Shown here: positions 35,026 through 44,896 of the stretch, one piece after another
Layout of the letters: every line of letters starts with the position of its first letter
How positions within the stretch are numbered: position 1 is the stretch's first letter
NCBI GenBank assembly: GCA_035540975.1
Contig: DATLFN010000146.1
Coordinates: 14,010 to 78,009, forward strand
Direction: 5' to 3'
Origin: Acidimicrobiales bacterium
GTDB taxonomy: Bacteria > Actinomycetota > Acidimicrobiia > Acidimicrobiales > GCA-2861595
Length of the DNA: 64,000 bases
The notes under the pieces: model-generated
Seen by the model: the letters and a program-made list of their open reading frames with translations, nothing else
The model's database searches: none
What the model was told of the DNA's origin: nothing
Translations under genes and position numbers: made by a program

Positions 35026-36165
35026 GTGGGGGAGCGGCGCGCTGACCCCCGTCATGAGCGCCGCCTCCGGGTCCTGCGCATCTACCACAGCGCGGTGGTC
35101 ACGGGCTGGCGGGAGCGCGACCGCGAGCTGCGCCGCCGGGGGGTGGAGCTGCACGTCGTCAGCCCGCGCCGCTGGAACGAGGGTGGGAGGGACGTGACGC
35201 TCGACGTGAGCGACGACGACTTCGTCGTTCCCGTCGGGACGATGGGCCGGCACCCTTTCCGCTTCCTCTACGACCCGAGGCCTCTGCGACGCCTGCTCCG
35301 CCAGACGGCCTTCGACGTGATCGACGTGCACGAGGAACCGGCCAGCCTGGCCGTGGCCGAGCTCCGGCTCCTCCGCCGCCGCTACCGCCGGTCCGCCTCC
35401 CTGCTCTTGTACTCGGCCGAGAACATCCACAAGCGCTACCCGTTCCCCTTCCGCTGGTTCGAGCGCCGGGCGCTGGCCGAGGCGGACGCCGTGTACGTGG
35501 CCAACCAGGAGGCCGGCCACGTCCTGCGGCGAAAGGGCTTCCGCGGGATCGTCCGCCACCTCGGGCTGGGGGTCGACGTCGACCGGTTCGCGCCGGCCGC
35601 GGTCGCGCCACCCGCCGATGAGGGGGCCGGGATCGTGGTGGGGTACGTGGGACGCCTCGACCACCGAAAGGGGGTCCAGGTGATCCTGGACGCGGTGTCG
35701 ACCGAGCCTTCGATGGCACTCGAGGTAGTGGGCGACGGGCCCTACCGCCCGGCCCTCGAAGCTCGCGCAGGTCAGCTCGGCCTGTCGGCCCGCGTCCGGT
35801 TCTCGGGCTTCGCCTCCAACGCCGTTCTGGCGGGCATCTACCCACGGTTCGACGTGGTCGTCATCCCGTCGCTCCCCACGACGGACTGGACGGAGCAGTT
35901 CTGCCGGGTGGCCGTCGAGGCAATGGCGTCGGGGGTCCCTGTCGTGGCGTCGCGTTCGGGCGCGCTGCCCGAGGTGGTGGGCGACGGCGGGCTGATCGTC
36001 CCTCCCGGCGACCCGGCTGCCCTCCGGGCGGCCCTCCGCTCCCTCGCCGCCGATCCTTTTCTGCGCAACAACCTGGCCGAACGGGCCCGGGCCCGGGCCC
36101 AGCAGTACTCCTGGGCGGCCGTCGCCGAGGACCACCGCCAGCTCTACCGCGAGGTGGTGGCATGA
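35026..36165 (+). CDS. Glycosyltransferase family 4
   Basis: LRVLRIYHSAVV...GYVGRLDHRKGV...EQFCRVAVEAMASGVPVVASRSGALPEVV. Confidence 0.85.
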   Translation: MGERRADPRHERRLRVLRIYHSAVVTGWRERDRELRRRGVELHVVSPRRWNEGGRDVTLDVSDDDFVVPVGTMGRHPFRFLYDPRPLRRLLRQTAFDVIDVHEEPASLAVAELRLLRRRYRRSASLLLYSAENIHKRYPFPFRWFERRALAEADAVYVANQEAGHVLRRKGFRGIVRHLGLGVDVDRFAPAAVAPPADEGAGIVVGYVGRLDHRKGVQVILDAVSTEPSMALEVVGDGPYRPALEARAGQLGLSARVRFSGFASNAVLAGIYPRFDVVVIPSLPTTDWTEQFCRVAVEAMASGVPVVASRSGALPEVVGDGGLIVPPGDPAALRAALRSLAADPFLRNNLAERARARAQQYSWAAVAEDHRQLYREVVA

Positions 36166-39100
36166 GCGTCGGGATGAGGGTCGACGTCGTCGTGGTCACC
36201 CACCAGTCGGCCGTGCTGCTCCCTCGCTGCCTCGACGCCCTGCCGCCGTCTGTCGAGGTGGTGGTGGTCGACAACGCCTCCACCGACGCCAGCGCGGAGG
36301 TGGCCGCTTCCCAGGGAGCCACGGTGATCCGCAACACCGCGAACCTCGGCTTCGCCCGGGCCGCCAACCAGGGCGCGGCCCGTGGAGACGGCGAGCTGAT
36401 CCTGTTCCTCAACCCCGACGCCAGCATCGTGGCCCGGGATCTGGAGGAGCTCATCGAGCACCTCGGGGCCGCTCCCGCCCGGGCCGTCGTGGGGCCCCGG
36501 CTGGTGGCGCCCGATGGGCGGGAGCAGCGGGCGTGGTGGCCCTTCCCGTCGGCACCGAGGGCGTGGGCGGAGGCGCTGGGCCTGCTGCGGCTGGGGGGCG
36601 GCCGGCTGGACCGGCACCGCGAGGGCTTCGTGGTCGGCGCCTGCCTCCTCGTCCGCCGGGACGTCTTCGAGCAGCTCGGCGGCTTCGACGAGCGCTTCTG
36701 GCTCTACGGCGAGGAGGCCGACCTGTGCCGGCGGGTGCGCGATGCCGGCTGGGAGGTGGCCCTCGTGGCCGGTGCCGTGGCCGAGCACGTGGGGGGCGCC
36801 AGCGGCGAGGCGGCGCCCGAGCTCGTCTTCGAGCACTTTTGCCGGGGCACCGAGCACTTCGTGGCCAAGCACTCTGGCGCCCCCGCCCTCGTCGGCTACC
36901 GCCTGGCCCTGCTCACCGGCTCGCTCCTGCGCCTGGTTGCCCTCCTGGCCGCCGGCAGGTGGGGGGCGCCCGTGAAGCGGGAACGGGCGCGGATCGTCGC
37001 CCGCCTGGCCCGCGTGCTGTCCCGCCACCCCACCCGGGTCCACCGCGACACGGCAGGATCCCGATCGCCGGGCCCGCCCGGTTCCGAGCTGGTGGTGTGC
37101 TCGCTCGAGGCCTGGGACGAAACCTGGCGGCGGAACCAGTTTCTGGTCCGGGAGCTGCTGGCGCGGGATCCCGGCCTGCGGGTGCTGTTCGTGGAACCGG
37201 CCCACGATGTCGCCGCTCATCTGCTCCATGGCAGGTGGCCCCGAGCCGGCGGACCGCGGCTGCGACGGGTGGACGACGCCGGCCGGGTGCTGGCCCTGCG
37301 GCCGGTGAAGGTCCTGCCCCGGGCGCTCGGCCCCTTCGCCGACCGGTCCCTTCGCCGCCAGGTCCGCAGTGCAGCCCGACGCCTGGGCCTCGCCACGCCC
37401 ACGCTGTGGGTGAACGACTCGACCTACGCCTCCCTGGGCCGGGAGACCGGCTGGCCCAGCCTCTACGACGTCACCGACGACTGGTTGCTGGAGGAGGTCG
37501 GGCCCCGGGAGCGCCGACGACGGGAGCACGACGAGCGCCAGCTCCTGTCCGAGGCCGGCGTGGTGGTGGTCTGCTCACCCGCCCTGCGCGAATCGAGGGG
37601 CGCGATCCGCGAGGTGGTGCTGGTGCCCAACGCCGTGGACGTGGAGCGGTTCCGGTCGCCTCGGCCCCGGCCCGCCGACCTGCCCGCCGGGCGGACCGCC
37701 GTGTACGTGGGCAGCCTCCACGATCAGCGCCTCGACGTGTCCCTGGTGGAGCAGCTCGCCGCCGAACTGGCCGACCTGCAGGTGGTGCTGGTCGGCCCCA
37801 ACGCCATGACCGCCGGTTCCACCGCCCAGCTGGCGGCGGTCCCGAACGTCCATCTGCTCGGCGCCCGTCCGCACGACGCCGTCCCCGCCTACCTGCAGCA
37901 CGCCGACGTGGTCATCGTTCCCCACCTGGTCACGCCCTTCACCGAGAGCCTCGACCCGATCAAGGCCTACGAGTGCCTGGCCATTGGGACGCCCACCGTC
38001 GCCACCCCGCTGGTCGCCTTCGGCGACCTGGGGGAGCCGGTGCGCACCAGCCCGGCCGAGACGTTCGCCGCCGAGGTCCGGCGTGCCCTCGAAGACCCGC
38101 CTTCGGGCTTGCCCGCAACCGACGTCCCGACGTGGGACCAGCGCGCCGGCGCCTTCGCCGTTGCTCTGGAGCAGGCCCGCAGAGCCCGCCACGACCGGCA
38201 GCCGTCGCGCCGGCGCGTCGTCTACCTCGACCACTGCGCCCAGCTGTCCGGCGGGGAGCTGGCGCTGCTGCGCCTGCTGCTGGCCTTGGAGGGGGTGGAG
38301 GCGCACGTCATCCTGGCCCAGGACGGACCGCTGGTGGCCAGGTTGCGCGCCGCCGCCGTCAGCGTGGAGGTGCTCCCCATGGCGGAGAGGGCCCGCTCGC
38401 TTCCCCGCCGCCTGGTCCGGCCGGGCGCCGTGCCCCTCCTGAGCCTGTGGGACACCGCCGCCTACGTCCTCGCCGTACGAGCCCGCCTGCGACAGCTCCG
38501 TCCCGACCTCGTGCACACCAACTCCCTCAAGGCCGCGCTGTACGGGAGCATGGCCGCCCGCTTGGCCGGCATACCGGTCGTGTGCCACGTCCGTGACCGG
38601 ATCGCCGACGACTACCTCCCGGGCACCGCCGCCCGGGTGGTACGCGTCGTCCTGCGGGTGGCACCCAACATGGTGATCGCCAACTCCCGGGCCACGCTGG
38701 CTGCCCTCGGCGCCCGCCGCCGGCCCGGCGTGGTGGTGCCGAGCCCCGTGATGGTGAACCGTGCGCCCTCCCGCTCCCTGAACGGGCACCGCCCGACCCG
38801 GGCCCTTCGCGTCGGGATGGTCGGGCGGTTGGCGCGCTGGAAGGGCCAGCACCTCTTCCTGGACGCGTTCGCCCGTGCCTTCCCCGGCGGTGAGCATCGC
38901 GCGGTGCTCATCGGCGCGCCGCTGTTCGGCGAGGATTCGTACGAGGAGGAGCTCCGCACGGCGGTCGATCACCTGGGCATCGGCGGGAGGGTCGAGTTCA
39001 CCGGGTTCGTCGACGACGTGCCCGCCGAGCTGGCCCGCCTCGACCTGCTGGTGCACGCCTCCGTCCTGCCCGAGCCGTTCGGCCTGGTGGTGGTGGAGGG

Positions 39101-39428
39101 CATGGCCGCCGGGCTGCCCGTCGTGGCCGCCGCCGCCGGCGGGCCGCTCGAGGTCGTGACCGACGGGGTGGACGGGAGGCTGTTCGCGCCGGGCGACGTC
39201 GCCGCCCTGGCCGCGGCCCTGGCCGAGCTGGCGGCGGACCCCCGGCTAAGGGCCCGCCTGGGCTCGGCGGCCAGGGTCACGGCGGCGGCCTTCTCGCCCG
39301 AGCGCGTGGCCGCCGCGACATCGGCCGCCTACGACGACCTGCTCAGTGCCCCGAGGCGCGCCGGCGCCGGCACTCGCCACAGCCATTCCGTCTCGCAGCC
39401 GCATCTCGGGAAGGTGGCGAGCTGGTGA
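36162..39428 (+). CDS. 1088-aa three-module glycosyltransferase (GT2 + two GT-B/GT4-like modules)
   Basis: aa 1-290: VVVVTHQS...VVVVDNASTD...FLNPDA...ACLLVRRDVFEQLGGFDERFWLYGEEADLC (GT2). The middle module has VYVGSLHDQRLD...DPIKAYECLAIGTPTVAT. The C-terminal module has GMVGRLARWKGQ...EPFGLVVVEGMAAGLPVVAAAAGGPLEVV. Confidence 0.85.
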   Translation: MSVGMRVDVVVVTHQSAVLLPRCLDALPPSVEVVVVDNASTDASAEVAASQGATVIRNTANLGFARAANQGAARGDGELILFLNPDASIVARDLEELIEHLGAAPARAVVGPRLVAPDGREQRAWWPFPSAPRAWAEALGLLRLGGGRLDRHREGFVVGACLLVRRDVFEQLGGFDERFWLYGEEADLCRRVRDAGWEVALVAGAVAEHVGGASGEAAPELVFEHFCRGTEHFVAKHSGAPALVGYRLALLTGSLLRLVALLAAGRWGAPVKRERARIVARLARVLSRHPTRVHRDTAGSRSPGPPGSELVVCSLEAWDETWRRNQFLVRELLARDPGLRVLFVEPAHDVAAHLLHGRWPRAGGPRLRRVDDAGRVLALRPVKVLPRALGPFADRSLRRQVRSAARRLGLATPTLWVNDSTYASLGRETGWPSLYDVTDDWLLEEVGPRERRRREHDERQLLSEAGVVVVCSPALRESRGAIREVVLVPNAVDVERFRSPRPRPADLPAGRTAVYVGSLHDQRLDVSLVEQLAAELADLQVVLVGPNAMTAGSTAQLAAVPNVHLLGARPHDAVPAYLQHADVVIVPHLVTPFTESLDPIKAYECLAIGTPTVATPLVAFGDLGEPVRTSPAETFAAEVRRALEDPPSGLPATDVPTWDQRAGAFAVALEQARRARHDRQPSRRRVVYLDHCAQLSGGELALLRLLLALEGVEAHVILAQDGPLVARLRAAAVSVEVLPMAERARSLPRRLVRPGAVPLLSLWDTAAYVLAVRARLRQLRPDLVHTNSLKAALYGSMAARLAGIPVVCHVRDRIADDYLPGTAARVVRVVLRVAPNMVIANSRATLAALGARRRPGVVVPSPVMVNRAPSRSLNGHRPTRALRVGMVGRLARWKGQHLFLDAFARAFPGGEHRAVLIGAPLFGEDSYEEELRTAVDHLGIGGRVEFTGFVDDVPAELARLDLLVHASVLPEPFGLVVVEGMAAGLPVVAAAAGGPLEVVTDGVDGRLFAPGDVAALAAALAELAADPRLRARLGSAARVTAAAFSPERVAAATSAAYDDLLSAPRRAGAGTRHSHSVSQPHLGKVASW

Positions 39429-39991
39429 GCCTGGCGCGGCGGCGCCGGAGAGTCATTGGGCGGGTGCGCGCCCGTGTGTGGGCGATGCGGTGGCGAGGCG
39501 TGACAGTGGGGCGCAGGGCGGTGGTCGGCAGGTGGTGCCGCCTCGTCCTCGAGCCCGGCGCCCGGCTGAGCATCGGCGACGGGTGCGAGGTCGACGACGG
39601 GACGACCCTGGCCGTGTACGGCGGCGCCACCCTCGACCTCGGGAGCTCGTGCTTCCTCGGCCACCACTGCACGATCGCGAGCCGACGCTCGGTCAGCATC
39701 GGCCGGGGGACGTTCCTGGCCGAGCTCGTCTCGGTACGCGACCACGATCACGACCCCGCTTTCCCACCCTCGGCCGGGGCCACCAGGGTGGCGCCGGTGA
39801 CGATCGGGCCGGACGTGTGGCTGGCTTCCAAGGTCACGGTCCTGAAGGGGTCCACCATCGGCGGGCGGGCCGTCATCGGCGCCCACGCCCTGGTTCGGGG
39901 CGAGGTCCCCGCCGGGGCCGTCGCCGTCGGGGCGCCGGCCCGGGTGGTCCGCCACATCGGCGAGCAACCGGTGCCGGAGCGGGCAGGATGA
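39425..39991 (+). CDS. Hexapeptide-repeat (LbH) O-acetyltransferase
   Basis: IGDGCEVDDGTTL, LGSSCFLGHHCTI, IGRGTFLAELVSV, IGPDVWLASKVTVLKGSTIGGRAVIGAHALV are left-handed beta-helix repeats. 4-nt overlaps at both ends. Confidence 0.8.
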   Translation: MSLARRRRRVIGRVRARVWAMRWRGVTVGRRAVVGRWCRLVLEPGARLSIGDGCEVDDGTTLAVYGGATLDLGSSCFLGHHCTIASRRSVSIGRGTFLAELVSVRDHDHDPAFPPSAGATRVAPVTIGPDVWLASKVTVLKGSTIGGRAVIGAHALVRGEVPAGAVAVGAPARVVRHIGEQPVPERAG

Positions 39992-41115
39992 GCCCCGTCG
40001 CGGGGACCCCCTTGAGAGCGCTGCTCGTCGTCTCCTCCTCCCGCCTGGCCGGCACCGAGCGCCACGTGGTGGAGCTGGCCGCCGGCCTTCGGTCGGCCGG
40101 AGTCGAGGCTGAGGTGGTGTGCGAGGCGGGCGGGGAGGGGCTCGACGACGTGCTCGCCGGGCGGGGCGTTCCCGTCCATCACCTCCGACTCACCGATTGG
40201 GCGGCGGCCCGGTCGGTGCTGCGCCTGGCCAGGCTCAGCCGCCGGTTCCACCTCCTCCACGCCCACCTCACCCATGCCACTGCCGCCTCGGTGGCGGCGG
40301 GCGCTCTGGCCCGCCGGCCCGTGGTCGAGACGTTCCACTTCCTCGACCTGGCCCACGAGGGCCGCGGCTCCTGCCGGCGCCTGGCCGGCCGGGCCCGCCG
40401 GTGCATCATCGACGCCGGAGTCACCCGTACGCTCGGCCCGTCCCGGGCCGTGCTGGCCAGGGTAGGGAGGAAGGGCGTCCTCGTGCCCCATGGTGCCCGC
40501 CCTTCCTCCGTCGCTCTCCGGGGCCCCGACGCCATCGGGCGGTTCGTGACCGTGGGTCGCCTGGCAGCCGACTCCCGGAGCCGGGGCCACGAGTTGGCGC
40601 TGCGGGGGTTCGCCACCGCCCTTCCGGGGCTTCCTCCGGGCGCCGAGCTGACCATCGTCGGGGAGGGCACCGAGCGGGTCCGGGTGGAGGCGCTCGCCCG
40701 CGACCTGGGCATGGGCGACCGCGTCCGCTTCACCGGCCGGGTGGCCGACGTGACGCCAGAGCTGGGCCGGGCTGGGGCCTACCTGGCTCCGGCCACGGAG
40801 GCGTTCGGGATGGCCGCTCTCGAGGCCATGGCGTCCGGCCTGCCCGTCGTGGCCGTGGCCCGCGGCGGCCTGCTCGACCTGGTCGATCACGAGCGCACCG
40901 GCCTGCTGGTCGAGCCGGTGCCGGATGCCGTCGCAGCCGCGCTGGTCCGGCTGGCCGGCGACCCGGAAGCCACCCTGGCCATGGGTGAGGCCGCCCGCCG
41001 GCGAGCGGAGGAGGAATTCTCCGTCGAGCGCATGGTGCGCCTGACCATGGAGGCCTACGGGGCGGCACTCGGCCATGCCGACCCTTCCCTGTCCGAGCCT
41101 TTGGGGGCCGCCTGA
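39988..41115 (+). CDS. Glycosyltransferase family 4
   Basis: ATG 39988 overlaps the upstream stop. LRALLVVSSSRLAGTERHVVEL...VTVGRLAADSRSRGHE...EAFGMAALEAMASGLPVVAVARGGLLDLV. Confidence 0.85.
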   Translation: MSPVAGTPLRALLVVSSSRLAGTERHVVELAAGLRSAGVEAEVVCEAGGEGLDDVLAGRGVPVHHLRLTDWAAARSVLRLARLSRRFHLLHAHLTHATAASVAAGALARRPVVETFHFLDLAHEGRGSCRRLAGRARRCIIDAGVTRTLGPSRAVLARVGRKGVLVPHGARPSSVALRGPDAIGRFVTVGRLAADSRSRGHELALRGFATALPGLPPGAELTIVGEGTERVRVEALARDLGMGDRVRFTGRVADVTPELGRAGAYLAPATEAFGMAALEAMASGLPVVAVARGGLLDLVDHERTGLLVEPVPDAVAAALVRLAGDPEATLAMGEAARRRAEEEFSVERMVRLTMEAYGAALGHADPSLSEPLGAA

Positions 41116-42362
41116 TGTCGGTGAGCTCTCACAAGCCTTCGCCCGCACCCCGCGACGTGCGACCGGCGCCTGCGTCGCCGAGGCCGGCGATCGTGGCGAG
41201 CAACTTCTACCCGCACATGGGCGGCGTGGAGGAGGCCGTCCGGCAGCTGGCGCTGCGTCAGCGCGCCTCAGGTGCCAGCCCTCTCGTGGTGACGATGCGG
41301 TGGCCCAAGAGCCTGCCGCCGACCGACCTGGTGGACGGCATAGAGGTCCGCCGGCACTTGTTCCGGGGGGCCGAGCGGCCCCCGAAGCAGTTCCTGGGAG
41401 CGGTGCTGACCCGCGGCGCCATCGCCCGCCGGGTCACCGCCGACATCCGATCCCACGATGCGTCGGTCGTGCATGTCCAGTGCGTGGGTATCAACGGCTG
41501 GTACGCACTCCGCGCCGCCCGCCGTCTCGCACTTCCCCTCGTGGTCACCCTTCAGGGCGAGCTCACCATGGACGCCTCCAGGGTGTACGAGTGGTCCCGG
41601 GTGCTCCCCGGACTGCTGCGTGAGCTGCTGCGCGACGCCGACGCGGTCACCGCCTGCTCCGCCGCCACGCTGGCCGAAGCACAGGAGTGGTCGGGCATCG
41701 ACCTGGGCGGGCGGGGAAGCGTGGTCTACAACGGCGTGTCGCTCGACGACTTCGACGTGCATCCCGCGGGGTCGCCCACCGGTCGTCCCTACGTCTTCGC
41801 GATTGGCCGCCTGGTCCCGCAGAAGGGCTTCGATGTCCTGGTGCGGGCCTTCGCGTCCGCCGTCCGTGACGGGTTCCCGTATGACCTCGTCCTGGCCGGG
41901 GACGGTTCGGAGCGAGCGAGCCTCCAGGCGCTGGTCAGCGATCTTGGCGTGCGGAAGAGGGTTGCCTTCCTCGGCGCGACCAGCCGAGAGGACGTCCCCG
42001 CGCTCTTCACGGGGTCAGAGTTCTTCGTGCTGCCGTCGCTCCACGAGCCCATGGGCATCGTAAACCTCGAAGCGATGGCTGCTCGGCGGGCGGTGGTGGC
42101 GACACGGGTCGGCGGCGTCCCCGAACTGGTCGGCGACGGCGAGAACGGGCTCCTGGTGCCACCGGGTGACACCGCCCAGTTGTCCGCCGCGCTGGTAACG
42201 CTCGCCGGTGACCGGGACCTTGCGCGGAGGCTCGGGGAAGCCGGGCGGGCGCGAGCCGAGCGGGTCGACTGGTCGGACATAGCCCTGGAGTACGACGAGG
42301 TCTACCGGCGGGCGGCGGATCACCTTCGGGAACGGTCGCTCGCGCGGCGCTGGCGCCGGTGA
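41115..42362 (+). CDS. Glycosyltransferase family 4
   Basis: IVASNFYPHMGGVEEAV...FAIGRLVPQKGFD...EPMGIVNLEAMAARRAVVATRVGGVPELV. Confidence 0.85.
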   Translation: MSVSSHKPSPAPRDVRPAPASPRPAIVASNFYPHMGGVEEAVRQLALRQRASGASPLVVTMRWPKSLPPTDLVDGIEVRRHLFRGAERPPKQFLGAVLTRGAIARRVTADIRSHDASVVHVQCVGINGWYALRAARRLALPLVVTLQGELTMDASRVYEWSRVLPGLLRELLRDADAVTACSAATLAEAQEWSGIDLGGRGSVVYNGVSLDDFDVHPAGSPTGRPYVFAIGRLVPQKGFDVLVRAFASAVRDGFPYDLVLAGDGSERASLQALVSDLGVRKRVAFLGATSREDVPALFTGSEFFVLPSLHEPMGIVNLEAMAARRAVVATRVGGVPELVGDGENGLLVPPGDTAQLSAALVTLAGDRDLARRLGEAGRARAERVDWSDIALEYDEVYRRAADHLRERSLARRWRR

Positions 42363-44182
42363 TGACCGTCCCGACTGTTTCTATCCCTTCGGTCGTTCGC
42401 GACGCCATCAGGCTCCTGCCCGGCACGATCCGCCGCAGGCTGGCCTTTGCCGTCGCGCTGTCCGTCGTGTTGGCGGTCGTCGAGGCGGCGGCGATCGGTG
42501 GTCTCTTCAGCGTCATAGCCGTGCTCGTCGACGATCGAGCACAGCAACCGAGTTGGAGCGGCCTGGTCTCCGCGTCGAACCGGGACCAGTTCACGGTCAG
42601 AGCGGCGTCGGCTGTGTTCTTCCTCCTCCTTCTGAGAAGCGGGCTCGGCTTCCTCGCCGCGAAGATGCAGGCGCGCCTGCATGCGGAGAGTGATGCATGG
42701 CTGTCCACGCGGGTTTTCGAGCGTGCCCTCCGTTACCCGTACGCCGCGCACCTCCGGCGCAGCTCGGCAGAACTCATCTCCGTCCTCGGCTGGTGCACGG
42801 CCGACGTGTCTGCCAATGTCGTCGGCGCTGCGGCACTGGCTTCGGTCGACATACTCATGCTGGTCGCTCTCGCCTCTACGCTGACCCTCCTGCAGCCGCT
42901 CGTTGCGCTCGCCATGATCGTGTACTTCGGGCTCGTCGCCGGCGTGCTCCTCATGGGGCTGGCCCCGGCTGTCCGCCGGGCCGCCGACGACGAGCAGGAA
43001 GCGAACATCTTCACCACTCGGGCGATGATGGAGGGATTGCACGGGGTGAAGGCTTTCCAGGTGGCCGTCGCCACCGACGTCGTCTCCGGCGAGCACGCCC
43101 GCCACCGGGCCCAGCTCGCATCGGCGCGCCAACGGAAGGTCTTTCTTGCCGCGACGAGCCGTCAGATCCTCGAGACGTCGGTGACGCTTGGGATCGGCCT
43201 CCTCGCCGCCGGGCTCTTCACCCTCCAGCGCAGCGGGGAGGCGATCGCCACCCTCGGCCTCGTCGTCGCCATCGCCTTTCGCTCGCTCCCGTCGCTGAGC
43301 CGGCTCCTGAGCACCCTTAACGGCGTCCGCTCGGCCTCGGTAAGTTTGCGGAAGATCCAGGACGAGCTCCACCAGCCCACCACGCACGAAGACGGCGTGA
43401 GCCAGGCACCGTTGGCCTTCGAGCGGCAAATCGAGTTCTGCTCCGTGTCCTTCAGCTATGGCGCCGCCGATGTCCCGGCACTGGACGCCGTGACCGTGCG
43501 GGTGCTGTTTGGGTCGTCCCTCGGCATCGTGGGGAGTTCAGGCGCAGGCAAGACGACCCTGGTCGACCTCCTGCTCGGACTGCTCGAGCCGACTGACGGC
43601 ACGATCGAGGTGGACGGGGTCGCCCTCGATCGGGCGAACATGCTCGCCTGGCGCCGGATCATCGGCTATGTCCCCCAGGACGTCTTCATGCTCGACGGCT
43701 CGATTCGCGACAACGTTGTCTTCGGCGGGCGTGGCCTCGCCGTCGACGACGACGAGGTGTGGAGCGCGTTGGAGCAGGCTCAGCTCGCCACCTTCGTGCG
43801 CTCACTGCCGGCAGGCCTCGACACCATGATCGGCGAGAGGGGCGCCCGCATGTCAGGAGGCCAACGGCAGCGCATCGGCATCGCCCGGGCGCTCTACCGG
43901 CGCCCGTCGTTGCTCGTCCTCGACGAGGCGACCTCATCCCTCGACCTCGTGACGGAGGCCGCCATCGCCGAGACACTCGAGTCCCTCGACCGATCCATCA
44001 CCAAGGTGATCATCGCTCATCGCCTCACGACGGTGCGCGGCTGCGATCAGATCCTGTTCCTGGAACACGGCAAGGTCGCCGGAATGGGATCGTTCGATCA
44101 CCTCGTTGCCAACGTTCCGGACTTCACGCGCCTAGCGAGTTTCAGCGGCGTCTCGCATGTTGATCAGCGGCGGCTCGTTTGA
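42359..44182 (+). CDS. Fused TMD-NBD ABC exporter (MsbA/PglK-like), candidate lipid-linked glycan flippase/exporter
   Basis: Six N-terminal TM segments. Walker A GSSGAGKTT, Q-loop, signature MSGGQRQRIGIARAL, Walker B LLVLDEATSSLD, H-loop IIAHRL. Confidence 0.9.
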   Translation: MMTVPTVSIPSVVRDAIRLLPGTIRRRLAFAVALSVVLAVVEAAAIGGLFSVIAVLVDDRAQQPSWSGLVSASNRDQFTVRAASAVFFLLLLRSGLGFLAAKMQARLHAESDAWLSTRVFERALRYPYAAHLRRSSAELISVLGWCTADVSANVVGAAALASVDILMLVALASTLTLLQPLVALAMIVYFGLVAGVLLMGLAPAVRRAADDEQEANIFTTRAMMEGLHGVKAFQVAVATDVVSGEHARHRAQLASARQRKVFLAATSRQILETSVTLGIGLLAAGLFTLQRSGEAIATLGLVVAIAFRSLPSLSRLLSTLNGVRSASVSLRKIQDELHQPTTHEDGVSQAPLAFERQIEFCSVSFSYGAADVPALDAVTVRVLFGSSLGIVGSSGAGKTTLVDLLLGLLEPTDGTIEVDGVALDRANMLAWRRIIGYVPQDVFMLDGSIRDNVVFGGRGLAVDDDEVWSALEQAQLATFVRSLPAGLDTMIGERGARMSGGQRQRIGIARALYRRPSLLVLDEATSSLDLVTEAAIAETLESLDRSITKVIIAHRLTTVRGCDQILFLEHGKVAGMGSFDHLVANVPDFTRLASFSGVSHVDQRRLV

Positions 44183-44191
44183 CGTCGCTGG

Positions 44192-44896
44192 TTGGCCACT
44201 GAACCCGTGGAAAGACAATTGCCACCGAAGATCCTCGATCCAGATGCAAGCGCCGGAGTTGACACGCATCTCCGGGTGGCGCAACTCATCGACCCGCCCG
44301 GTGACCACTATGTAATCGACGCGGGCGCCGGCCACGGCTCCTTTACTGATCGCCTGGTGATCGGCGGCTATCGGGCCGTAGCGGCCGAGTTCAAGCTCGG
44401 AAATTTCTGGTGCGACCGGGCTCCACACGTGATCTGCGACCTAGACGTGTGCCTGCCATTCGCATCGGGAACAGCCGATGGCGTCGTCGCCATCGAGATA
44501 ATCGAGCACATGGAGCGCCCGTTGCTGCTCGTCCGCGAAGCAGCCCGGTGCCTTCGCAACCAGGGATGGTTGGTCGTGACCACGCCCAACATTCTGCATG
44601 TGGCTTCCCGGCTGAGCTACCTTGCGCGCGGGTACCCCAAGGGATTTTCGGAGAACGACTACAGGTCTAACGGCCACATCAGTCCCGTCAGCCTCACTGA
44701 ACTGCGCAGAATCGGCGAGCGGGCTGGGCTGGCCATCGAGGCCGTGACCTACAACGTCGGACGTCTTCCGGTGCCCAAGATCTACGGCCGGGTGCTCCTA
44801 CGCTCCTCCCGGTTCCGAACGGGTGCACTAGGTGAGAGCCTCATAGTGCTGTTCCGCAAGATCGGTGATCCGATTACCAACGTCTACCGCGGCTGA
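44192..44896 (+). CDS. Class I SAM-dependent methyltransferase
   Basis: TTG start. Motif I VIDAGAGHGSFT. DGVVAIEIIEHM...LRNQGWLVVTTPN. Visibly lower GC and different codon choice than neighbouring genes. Confidence 0.75.
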   Translation: MATEPVERQLPPKILDPDASAGVDTHLRVAQLIDPPGDHYVIDAGAGHGSFTDRLVIGGYRAVAAEFKLGNFWCDRAPHVICDLDVCLPFASGTADGVVAIEIIEHMERPLLLVREAARCLRNQGWLVVTTPNILHVASRLSYLARGYPKGFSENDYRSNGHISPVSLTELRRIGERAGLAIEAVTYNVGRLPVPKIYGRVLLRSSRFRTGALGESLIVLFRKIGDPITNVYRG

